Shown here piece by piece: positions 25,341 to 36,450 of a stretch of DNA of 64,000 nt (position 1 is its first letter; every line of letters starts with the position of its first letter). Position numbers and translations under genes: made by a program. The notes beneath the pieces were generated by a model. It saw only the letters and a list, made by a program, of their open reading frames with translations, was not told the origin of the DNA and did no database searches. This stretch comes from Squalus acanthias (taxonomy: Eukaryota): NCBI GenBank assembly GCA_030390025.1, contig CM059432.1, positions 119,414,001 through 119,478,000 of the forward strand, given 5' to 3'.

Positions 25341-25513
25341 TAGGGTCATTTTGACTTTGGCCGATAGTGTAAAACGGGTGATAGCGAATCGGCAGCCCAT
25401 TTTACATCTCTCTTGATTGACTTCAATGGAAATAAAAATCGGGACAGATGTAAAACGGGCTGCTGATTCATTATCACCCATTTACACTATCGAAAAGAAA
25501 CAAAATTACTCCC
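25341..25513. mobile_element. Palindromic MITE
   Basis: CGATAGTGTAAAACGGGTGATAGCGAATCGGCAGCCCATTTTACATC pairs with GATGTAAAACGGGCTGCTGATTCATTATCACCCATTTACACTATCG; AAT on both flanks. Confidence 0.85.
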
Positions 25514-26150
25514 AATGTTTTTTGAAGAGTGAAGTAATATTTACTGAAGAAAACACTCACTCTCCCTTTCTTTCTCACTTAACTCAGTGCCCCTCTCTTA
25601 TCCCCTCTTTTACCTCTCTCTCTATCGTTTCCTCACCAACTCCAATCTCTCTGTTAGTTAGGAAATACTGCTCATGAAGTCACAGCTCTAGGCAAAAATC
25701 TCAAGTCCAAGGCCAAACTTTTGGGAGAGGTGGAGACCTTCAAGTAAAAACTTTAATGAAGGCATTTAAAGTCACAGAAGTCAGTTCAATGGATAAATGT
25801 AATCATGTTATTGTAAAATATGTATTTTTAAATTATTTTTATTTTGTTTGAATCCGTATTTAGGATATTAGAAATTTCAGTTATGAGAAAATAAATAGCA
25901 GCTGAAAGAACTTTCAGAAAGCATTTTGAAAGATTTATGAAAACCCGGTTACCAGACTGCAATCTCGGATAAAATAGCAGCAATTGTATGTCACATAATG
26001 TGACACCTTTAGCATTGAAAATACCTATCACAGCACCACCTAGAGGAGTAATACGTATTGCAGTTTTTCAATAAAATGCACGCCCACATACCAGATTTAA
26101 TATACAATAGATAGATGCTCTACGGTGCATTCATGGCCATCAAACATACA

Positions 26151-26818
26151 GGGCAGTATTTCATTGACCTGTGGAGATGGGTTTGGAGGTGTGTGGGGGG
26201 TTAAAATTGCGAAAACTGGCGGGCAGGCACAAGCCCGCCTCCATGCAATTTTCATTAAATCGTGTCTGCTGGTCCCGACTCCATCTAAGAGGCGGGATAG
26301 GCTGTTAAGGCCCTTAACAAGCACTAAATTGCCTCTATAATGCCATTTTGAAAGGCCTTTGTGATTTTAACCCTTTTTCTACGTGAAGCACGCCTGTTCT
26401 GAACCATGAATGTGAAACCTGGCGGGAGCACATTTCGATAGCTGACTATCAGGTCCACTATGATGTGGTGGTGGTGGTGGTGGTGGTGGTGGTGAAAAAA
26501 AAAATATCTGGGAGTGGTGGTGGTACAAAAATATCTGGGAACAGACTTAGGGCTGCTGCTGCTCATTTTGCCTTCAGGTCCTCTCACAGCAAAGGCCAGG
26601 CAGTCTTGCAGACCTTCAATGCAGCAGCAATGATGACATCATCAGAGGCGACTTTTAGACTGAAAACACTAATTGGGTCATGGGTTCCCACATGCTGGAA
26701 CTCAATTGCCCAATTAGGTGAAAATCGCATCAATCTCCCACATCCAATTGCAGTTGGGTGGATAACACGAAAAGTGGATGACACGACCCTAGCCCGCCCC
26801 AGTATCAAAATCCAGCCC
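26151..26818. mobile_element. Non-autonomous Harbinger-type TIR element containing (TGG)n
   Basis: TIR GGGCAGTATTTTCAT vs GGGCTGGATTTTGAT; ACA on both flanks; (TGG)n at 26465-26493. Confidence 0.75.
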
Positions 26819-27365
26819 ACAGTCTTTGCATTTTGTCCTAGGGCCCATTTTAATTTCCTTTAATCAGTTTCCTATCGTTTCTTTAAAAAAATATTGTGCT
26901 ATTACTGCGCTGCAATCAATTTGGATTTCCCTTTCAAATGATACATTGCCTGTGCACAGCTCCAACATTGCCACCCATTTCCAATCTCGCAAGTGCCTGA
27001 TCTAAATTCTGTATTATCAGCTTTGTTTTAACTTTTTATTCACTGCTTTTTATTTCTTCTCAATATTGGCAGCTTTATCTAGTGTTGATTTTGTTTTGTG
27101 TACTAGATTGTGTGTGGACATTCACCGACAACACGGTCTGTGGGAGCTCGATTGCACTGATACCTATTTTTAATGTCCATTATCGGTTTCAGTGCTGGAT
27201 TTGCTGTTTCCTAATTCCACCTATTCCAAACTTCCATGCTAGCCTGTTCCTCCCAGCTACTAGCCCTGGAATTTGAATAAAAGTGTGTCACTCCCGATTC
27301 ACAATTTCTCACAATTCACAGAACAAAATTATATCTAAAATACTGTAATAAAATATATATGAGAT

Positions 27366-27803
27366 GTCATCCTTGGCTCAGTGGTGGCACTGTTGTCTCT
27401 GAGTCAGAAGCCCCATGCAAGAAATTTGAGCACATAATCTAGGTTGACACCTCAGTGCAGTACTGAGGGAGTGCTCCACTGTTAGAAGTGCCATCTTTCG
27501 GATGAGATTTTAAACTGAGTACCCATCTGACCTCTCAGGTAGATGTAAAATATCCCATGACACTATTAAAAGACAAGCAGGCGAGTTCTCTTGGTATCCT
27601 GGCCAGTATTTATCCCTCAACCAACATCACTAAAAAAAACAGATTATCTGGTCATTATCTCATTCCTTTTTGTGGGACCTTGCTGTGCGCCATGTTTCCA
27701 AATGTTACAACAGTGATAACACTTCAAATGTACTTAATTGGCTGTAAAGCACTTTGGGATGTTCTGAGTTAATGAAAGGCGCTATTTGAATGCAAGTTTT
27801 TTT
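27366..27803 (+). mobile_element. Deu-domain SINE (SacSINE1/AmnSINE-like)
   Basis: tRNA-like head TGGCTCAGTGG...GAGTCAGAAG; core CAGTGCAGTACTGAGGGAGTGC...TTTCGGATGAGA...GTAAAATATCCCATG...TATTTATCCCTCAACCAACATC; L2-like tail AAAGGCGCTATTTGAATGCAAG. Confidence 0.8.
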
Positions 27804-27939
27804 TATATGTTATTTATTTTTCCTATATGTAGATGAGGAAAGACAGAAGAGGCTCAAGTGGAGCATAAACGCTGGCATGGATTGGTTGAGCCGAATTGCC
27901 TGTCTCTGTGCCGTATATCCTTTGTAAGCCTATGTAATA

Positions 27940-28050
27940 TATTGCAACAGTGACTACCCTTCAAAAATGCTTAATTGGCTGTAAAGCGCTTTGAGACAAC
28001 CTGAGGTCGTGAAAGGCACTATATAAATGTAAGTCTTTCTTTTCTTTCTT
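27940..28050 (+). mobile_element. DeuSINE/L2-type 3' tail fragment
   Basis: GTAAAGCGCTTTGAG...GAAAGGCACTATATAAATGTAAGTCTTTCTTT; another copy at 36245-36360. Confidence 0.7.
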
Positions 28051-28204
28051 TTAAGCAGCATCCACTTTTTAAAAACTATGCCAAAAATATACCACCAGTG
28101 ATGTATTGTGTCATTTAATATTCCTTTCTTTATAGAACAGCTTATCCTGTAATCTACTGTGAAAAATGCCACAAGAGATCCACTAGTGTATGTATAAAAG
28201 CTTT

Positions 28205-28302
28205 AGCCTAGTTTTTCCGGTTGGTATTAGTTTAACACTGGCAGTAACTCATTTATTTTAAACAGGTTGGTGTTAAAATTCACTAATCAGAAAACCTAGG
28301 CT
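28205..28302. mobile_element. ~100-bp hairpin MITE
   Basis: AGCCTAGTTTTTCCGGTTGGT...TTTTAACAC pairs with GTGTTAAAATTCACTAATCAGAAAACCTAGGCT. Confidence 0.6.
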
Positions 28303-28645
28303 GTTGTGTATAGTAAGCATCTTGTCTGTCATGCTACCCTGAATCACACTTCAGTGTCACAAGTGTAAATCTGCAAATTGTTTGCAGTTGATTGGCTCGA
28401 ACATCATTTCCATAAAACAACAACAAATCACAAGTGAAGAGGTCTGGTCAATAGACATCAAATCTGATCTGTATAATCTTTCAGTGAAGAAATGCTAAGG
28501 ACATATGTAAACAATAAAGCATGAACAGTTAGCAAAGCCTATGGATTAAAGAAGGACGGATGGGAGTGAATCAAATTGCTCCAAATCTTTCTTTAAAACC
28601 TTTTCACCCACAATCTTGGTTTCCCCACAGAGGTGAGCATCTATT

Positions 28646-28775
28646 ACATAAGAACATAAGAAATAGGAGCTGGCGTAGGCCATTTGGTCCCTCGAGCCTG
28701 CTCCGCCATTCAATAAGATCATGGCTGATCTACTACCTCAACTCCACTTACCTGCACTATCCCCATATCCCTTAA
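28646..28775 (-). mobile_element. CR1 3' end fragment
   Basis: ACATAAGAACATAAGAAATAGGAGC...GGCCATTTGG tail like 16588. Confidence 0.85.
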
Positions 28776-30142
28776 TATCCATATTAATGGAAACAAGGCT
28801 GTTAACACTACAAAGATATAACATTTCCAAATTTTACAAGGGAATTATTGTGTACTAACCCCATGTAATTTTCTGTGTTTATAATGTTTGTAGCGGAGAC
28901 CTGTGCCTATGTAAGAAACCTAAATCTCAAGTTCCTGTAGGGTGAAAGATGAATTACACAGATGAAATAGGGTAGAAAGCTAAATCTCTGCGCAGGTACC
29001 TGCAGCAACAACTTCTAGAATGTTTTTTTATAATTGAAAATAAAATTGACTATAGCAAGATTGGCTACTTAAATAGCATGCCAGGGCTTGCTGTTTTTAA
29101 GTCCTGTCCTTTCCAATGGAAAATTAATGAGATTGATAATCCAGAGGAAAACCATTTTGGGAGAAGTAGAAATAGTTTTATTTGACGTCAGAGCAAGGTA
29201 AAGCATGAACCTATTCTAAGGCATTACTAAGGTTATTACTATGTATTACCTGATACCCTACAACTACAGTCAGCAAATACAGTAAGAGAGCCAAACACAG
29301 CCACAGCTGATATGAAAACAGATGAATGAGCAATGATTCAGGTGGAAATAACTCTGAGCAGGTCTTTTTATTGCGTGAAGTATTTTAAATATCTTGCAAT
29401 GAATCAGTCTTCATATTTTACCCTTAGATTCTTGTTGCAGTTTGCAGCTTCCTTGTATCCCCTCCTTGAGCTAGGAAATCAGGGCAGACTGAACCAGTCT
29501 CAGAGTGCAAGGAAGAGCTCTTCAGTTCCTGGGTAACCTGGCCTTCCTAGGGAAGTGGGAGCACTAGTCAGACTGGGATTTGCGATCCCTTTTCATTCTG
29601 GAAGGGCACCCAATGGGTTTGTGCCTACAAGGTTCATGCTGTGAGAAATGGTGCTTGTTTCCTCTCTGTGCATCTTTAGTTTTATTCCTTAATTATGTTG
29701 TTGCAGCATTTTGCGAGGCTTTCAAAGTAAGCCAGGAGTTTTACTATTTGGTGTTAGAACAGATGTCGTTCTTTTATTTATAATTGTCCTCAGATTTTTT
29801 TTAAAACACCATTCAGATAAGCAATAAGTTCAGGAAGTCATGTTCCATTGTGCAGATATGGAGGAAGATGCTGAATGAAAATCCTGAACGTAAATGTTTA
29901 TTTAAACTTATTAAAGCAAAATCAAGAACAGTTTAACAGATAATTGGTAAAGAAGGAAAGGTGAAAATTAATTTAATATTTAGTATTTTATGTATTTCTT
30001 GGTCTTTGGCATAAAAATCTATCTTTAAAACAGATGGTGGATAAAAGTAAATCTATATTACATGCAGATATTTATTTATTTATGTGGGGAAGAAATGTAT
30101 GTATCTAGCTGTTGCAGGGAAGGAAAATACTATAAAGACATT

Positions 30143-31876
30143 GGCCGAGAAATTCGGTATCCCCCAAAATGGGTGTGGGGATCGCAATGTGATAGCAACC
30201 CGCACCCATTCGGAGGACTGCAGGCAGCACGTAATATTCGTGCTGACTGCTACTTTACATGATTGCAGCATTCAGCCGAGCACAGAACGCGTTGCGGAGT
30301 GGCTAAATGCTCAGCAGGGGGCCCAAGTTTGTTCAAGGCTAGCTCCAATTAAAGCTAGCCTGCACTACTTAAAGGCAGTCTGCACCTGTTAAAGGGGAGG
30401 TGCCTTATGCCTGAAACAGGTACTGGAACTGTTTGTGGAGGCAAGTGTTATTAACAAGAAGACAGAGTAATGGCTCAACAGGCCAAGGAAAGGGGTCCAA
30501 GGTTCACAGATGCAGCACTGGCGGCCTTGGTCCAGGAGGTCAACTCTAGGAAAGAGGTCCTCTTTCCACAGGAGGCCAGGAGACACTCCAGGCAACTGAC
30601 AAGACTGCAGTGGGAGCAGATAGCCAATGTAGTCAATGCCAGCAGTATAGCCCCGAAGACCTGGACTCAGTGCAGGAAGAAGTTTAATGACCTCACACAA
30701 GTGATCAAGGTCAGTGAATTCAACTTCAAATGCCATATCCCACCATCTGCACCACTAGACTCACACACTGCTCAATGCACCACACCCCCATCCCTCACCT
30801 AACAACAATCTTTACCAAGCACAACTCATACCTCATATTCATAGCTTCACCTCACACACACACACACTTACCACTGCTGCAAGCCTCACACCCACATCTC
30901 ACAGCTTGAACACACTGCCAGCTACAGGCACATCACCCAAACACAATGCACAACACTCATTGACACACTTCCCTTTCTCTTGCAGGAAAAGGTGGCGCAT
31001 AACCGGCACCAGCAGAACCTAACTGGCAGGGGACAGGCTGGCCTGCATCACCTCACCCTCTTGGAGGAGACGTTGCTGGCCATTCTTGGCAGGGGCATGG
31101 CTGAGCCCTTGGCCAGTGGCAGGGCTGAAAGAATACAAGATGCCGGTATCCTCATACGTTATTCTCCATCTCACATCCCACTTCCCCCTCATCCCACAAT
31201 CTCTTCTGATTTACAATCTGCACATGGTGTAAGCAGGCACCTCTTGCTTCCCACCTGCCCCTCCACTCATCACAACCCTACCCTTGGGCCTTTCTCATTT
31301 CAGATACCCAAGAAATCCAGCCTGCCCAGCCAGTGGTTGAACAAGAAGAGGGAGAGGAGAGTGAAGAAGAAGAAACACCATCACTCGATTTCACACTCCC
31401 AGCCACCAGCTCAGATACTGACACTCCGCGTCCTTTACAGGATAGGTTAGACATGGGATCTGCACATGGTGACACACTGAGTACGAATGGCCTGCAGCCA
31501 GGGCAGTGGGAAAGGGCAGCTCAGGTGTCAGATCCCTAGAGGGCAAGGTCACACACGAGGTCTGTTGCACAGGATACAGATGAAGAACTCAATGGGGCAG
31601 CCTACAGAAGAACGCTGATGGGTATGCACAAAGAAATGCTTGGTGCATTGGCAGGCCTGCCAGAAAGCCTGAGTGCAATGTCAAGGAGCATGGAGCAGTC
31701 CAGCTCTAGCCTTGCACAGGTATTTGGGCAGAGCTTGGAGCCTATCCTTTCCAGCATGGAAGGGCTGGGCAGATCCATTAACATACTTGTGGACCCAACC
31801 CTTATGCCACGTCTGATGTCTGAAGTCTCAGCTTCCATTGCAGCACAAGCAGAAGCCACCCATATCTGAGTGCCCT
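30143..31876 (+). mobile_element. Harbinger family 1 copy C (left part)
   Basis: Terminus GGCCGAGAAATT; colinear with 7118-8980. Confidence 0.9.
30470..31869 (+). pseudogene. Harbinger Myb/SANT-like gene, exons 30470-30709, 30986-31145, 31304-31869; one internal stop
   Basis: MAQQAKERGPRFTDAALAALVQEV...WEQIANVVN...KTWTQCRKKFNDL; GT-AG sites in compatible phases; TAG at 31537. Confidence 0.88.
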
Positions 31877-32134
31877 TTGTTGTGCTGTTCCACACAGTGG
31901 TTCCAATATTCCTCTTCCACTTTGCAGAGGATCTAGTAAGAGGTAGCACACCTAAAGCGCTGAACTGACCAGAACCCACCTACATTTGTGGTTTCAAGTC
32001 ATTGGCTAGGTCTTGATGTGTGCCAGAATAGTGGCTAGAAAGCCAGCCGCTGTGGTAGGCCTGCAGCAGTAGTAATGACTCCCAGCTGTGGGGCCTTTAG
32101 GCTACTGTTCAAAAACAGCTGGCAGAATGCCTCT

Positions 32135-32220
32135 AGTTTTTTTTTAATTCATTTATGGGATGTGGGCATCACTGGCAAAGGCCAGCATTTATTGCCCATC
32201 CCTAATTGCCCTTGAGAAGT
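32135..32220 (-). mobile_element. LINE B / partner SINE 3' tail fragment
   Basis: GGCCAGCATTTATTGCCCATCCCTAATTGCCCTTGAGAAG. Confidence 0.8.
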
Positions 32221-32674
32221 CCTGAGTATCTAATGCATCTCTGTGGGGAAAATGGCCCATTTACCTTTTTAAGCTTCCTTCACCTTGTTGCCTGCTCAAA
32301 GTGAGGGAGGCCAGGCACAAAAGTTAGCTACAGAATTTTTGGGTGCCTCTACCAATGCTTGTCCAATTGGTAATCCCATAGGAAAATGAGACACGAGGTA
32401 CCATTAGACCCTTCTCACCTTATTTCTATGGCAATATAATGCTTGCAGCTGTTGTAAATGTTCCATTCCCTCAGTAGAAGTCACGGAAATCCAACAGCAA
32501 GTTAAAATGGGTGGAGACCTGTCATCATGCATTTACACCTTTTTTCCCCTCTCCGTTGTGCTTGAGAACTGAGTGTTTCTCAGATGCAAAGCAGAGGAAT
32601 AAACTCTCTAAACAAAGTTGAAATACAATGCAACTAATTTATTCCCAATAAATCAGAAAGGAAGTAATAAAGAT

Positions 32675-33026
32675 CTACCTACCTACATCCCAAAGTGCTT
32701 TACAGTCAATTAAGTACTTTTGAAATATAGTCACAGTTGTAATATTGTAATGTTGGGAAACACGGCAGCCAATTTGCACACAATGAAGTCCCACAAACAG
32801 CAATATGATAATGGCAAGATCATTTGTTTTAGTGATGTTGATTGAGGGATAAATATTGGCCAGGACACCGGGGAGAACTCCCCTACTCTTCTTCGAAAGA
32901 GTGCCACGCGATCTTTTACGTCAACCTTGGTTTAACGTCTCATCCGAAAGATAACCTCAGTACTGCACTGAAGTGTCAGCCTAGATTATGTGTTCAAGTC
33001 TTTGGAGTGGGACTTAAACCCACAAT

Positions 33027-33061
<35 letters not shown>

Positions 33062-33075
33062 TCACGGCCGACACA
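32675..33075 (-). mobile_element. Deu-domain SINE
   Basis: Reverse-complement homologue of 27366-27803. Confidence 0.8.
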
Positions 33076-33702
33076 TTATGAAGATTAATGGACAGAAAGT
33101 TTTGTGGACTGCAAATTGGCCACAATGGAGTTGAGGGCTAAATTCCTGCTAGGTGTCCCCATTGTGTGAAGCTCTACACTGAAAGCAATAAGTTGTAAAA
33201 TCTACCCCATAGTGTCACAGCGAAATGAAAATTGGAGGATGTCACCTCCTAGGCTTGATAAATTATCTATATGGAACACAGTGACTGGGATATTTCACCT
33301 CAGCACTCGCCAGCTGTGATTTTGGATGAAAACTTGCAGGCTAGTGAGAACAGAAGCAGAAAATCCCAGCCAGTCTGTTCTCACTCTCAATTTGCTTCAT
33401 CATAATCACCTGATAAACCAGAGTAAAGAAACAATTAAAATTGGACAGTTTTGATTTTTCATGCAGTAATGCAAGTGCATTTAGAAAACTTTAGCTAGAT
33501 AAAGTAATAATAGCCGTGAAGTAGGAAGTCTTGACTTGTGGCCTTTGCTGCTTCAGTGCAATGGCATTGTCTAGATTGCAATCTACGGTTTATTGTCAAG
33601 ATAAAAAACATAGGCCTAGAAATTCAGGGCATGTGGGGCACTCCTGCTCCTCCTGACCTCACAAAAATAATTTCAACACTTACCTTTTTGTTGGCCTCTT
33701 CT

Positions 33703-34590
33703 ACATACGAACATACGAACAATGACGGACAGGTAAAGACCCTTTGGTCCATCCGACCTGTCCCACACAATTCTGATACCTTGTGTATCACAATATATAG
33801 ACTCTCTACCCCACCCGAAACCATGTGAGCTCCTGGGAGAAGCAAAAAAAAACAGATAAAAAACCCAGGCCAATTTGGGGAACAAAATCTCCAACCCATC
33901 TAGGCGATCAAAACTAGTCGAGGAGATCACTCTGGCCCTGAATTTCCTGCAGTACCTACCTTCTGTAAGAGGTGATCTCCGCCCCAGCCAGAAACAGGTC
34001 CAGCTCTCGCTTGAAGGAATTCAGTGAATCAGCATCCACCGCACTGGTGGTCAGCCTGTTCCAGAGGTCACTATTCTCTGGGAAAAGAACCACCTCCTGA
34101 CATCTAACCTAGATATGGCCTTATACAACTTAAATTTGTGACCCCTGGGTCCCTAACCTATTTAACTGGAACAAACTGTCAACTGGAACACAATCTATTC
34201 CCTTCATCATCTTATAAACATCAATCAGATCCCCCCTAAGTCTACGCTTGTCTAAGGTGTACAGTCCCAACTCTTTTAGCCTATCTTGATAACTATGATG
34301 CTTTATACTGGAAATTACTCTAGTGGCACTCCTCTGTGCCCTCTCTAAAGCCTCCATATCACCCACCATGTGAGGAGACCAAAACTGGACACAGTATTCC
34401 AAGTGTGGCCTGACTAAGGTCTTGTACAAGGACAAAATAGTGTGCCTCATCTTGTGCTCCATTGTCCTACACCACAGCACCCTATTTGTTCTAGCTATCG
34501 CTTCACGGCATTGCTCATGTACCTTTAGAGATGTATGCACTAGAATGCCCAAATCTCTTTCTATCTCCACCTTCTTTAATTCTTTTCTGC
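33703..34590 (-). mobile_element. CR1 (distinct subfamily, (GTTCGTAT)n tail) 3' fragment, apparently nested in a TIR element (~33612-34847)
   Basis: ORF 34130-34636 ERDLG...[15 protein letters not shown]...RRLRGDLI; tail ACATACGAACATACGAAC; flanking GGCCTAGAAATT and AAAATCGGCCCC. Confidence 0.85.
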
Positions 34591-36450
34591 AGTACCGCCA
34601 GATTTTACTAAGCAAAGTTACCACAGCAGATTCCAACGATCCCCGATTTGCATAGATTAATGAGGCTTCCAGCTGATTCAGGCAGGTGTCTGGCCTGCCC
34701 AGCAGAAGGCCCTGGGAAAAATGACTGTAGAGTGGTTATGGGGCAGTAAGCCTGCCATTTTACCCCACTACCCACCGCCCCCCCCACCCCCCCACCACCA
34801 CCGCCCCCCTCCATTTCCAGCAGGCAGAGGGAATTAAAATCGGCCCCTTAGAGTAGAGACAGTTTTTTTTTAATTTGTAACTAAAATAAGTTAAATATTA
34901 TTTGAACAGAATATTTGGTCCTATTGTATTTCACCAATATTTTCATTATGTATTGGAATTTTGTTTTTAATTTATGGTAATTCTCATTGAATTGCAAGAT
35001 GTTATTTTTGCTTATAAAAGCTTATGAAAAATGTAGGGCATCTGAACCTTTGAAAACATGTTGCAGAGCTGACTTCTTGTAAGTAAATAAATCCAGTCAT
35101 GGTCATATGCTTTATCAGTACAGATGGGAAAATTAGCCTCAAAGTCACACTTAGCCAAGCTGCTTAATTTAGGAGCGTCTAAATATACAAGTCACATTAT
35201 CAGGTATTTTTTTTAAATTGTTTTGATTGTAAATTTCCACGATAAAAAGGATGTCATCGTGCGAGCATACAGATGGATGAAAGTAATGCTGAAGTTATAT
35301 GTTAGCCTAAAGAGGCTTGCAGTGAAAAACAGGAATGATTTATCATGTCAGTTGCCCTTATAAAGTATAAATTGGGTACATCTGGAAAGAAAAGTAATTG
35401 TGATTTAATATTATGTGAATAGTCGCTGCTAGCTTTTTATGGTAAGTCATTCTGTTACTTGGTACTTTGCAACTGTATTTTATCAACCACAATGACATTG
35501 ACTAATTATTTAAGACAGAACTTGGACAGGATTCTGGTAAGACACCAAGGGGAAAGATTTCCGATGTCCAATGACATGATAAACTTGTTCTTTATAAATG
35601 GGTTCACAATTTTGCTACACCTATCACACGCAAGAAATCTTGTTCTCGCTGTCTTATTATAGTAGGATTATTAAAAAATCATATATTGAAAACAAAAATC
35701 AGAAAGCCACCTTAGTCCCTGTTGTATATATTTGTTCCCAATTAATAATGACATATATTTTGCACAATTCAAAATGAAGTGCTGTTGGGTGAAGCCCATT
35801 CGCTATTTATTTTCCCTGTCTGCAAAACAGTCAAACAGGGAAGCAGCTGGAAGTGGGGATGATGCTGGTTTTATCAACTGTTTATTTCCATAATAATGGG
35901 AATCCTTGCCAAATTCATATTGCCCATGAAATGGAGTGTGTTGAAATTCCTTTTAAATATTTTATACACAACAAAGCACAACACGAAAACAGTAACTGCA
36001 TATTTACAGAGTGTGTTACTAGAATCATAAGGGTCTAATTAATATCAATCATTTTAGTCTGTCTCCATCTATAGGTACATAGGAGCTCATATTGTACTGA
36101 GGCTAACCATTAGCATATTAGCACAGCCTCCTGAGCAGGTTGCTTATGTTGGTGCTATTTCTCTATGCATGCTACCGATCTAGTGAGGCAAACATTTTTT
36201 CTCTCTTCCACTACAAGACTGTCAATGACAATTCTGGCATAATTTCCCACATTACAACAGTGACTACACTTCAAAAGTACTTCATTGGCCGGAAAGCGCT
36301 TTGAGACATCGGGTGGTCATGAAAGGCGCTGTATAAATGCAAGTCTTTCTTTCTTTCTTCTAATAGCAGATTACTTTGTTCACTCTGTCTGCTAGTCACA
36401 GGCTTAACTCCCAACCTTTTATTGGGTTCAAGAGGCAGTCGGCTAATACT

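Noticed and set aside
26324..26863. Poly-His and poly-Val ORFs
   Set aside because: Translation of a (TGG)n microsatellite inside a TIR element.
27366..27440. tRNA gene
   Set aside because: Degenerate tRNA-derived SINE head continuing into SINE body; the same applies to heads at ~10700-10759 and ~49440-49512.
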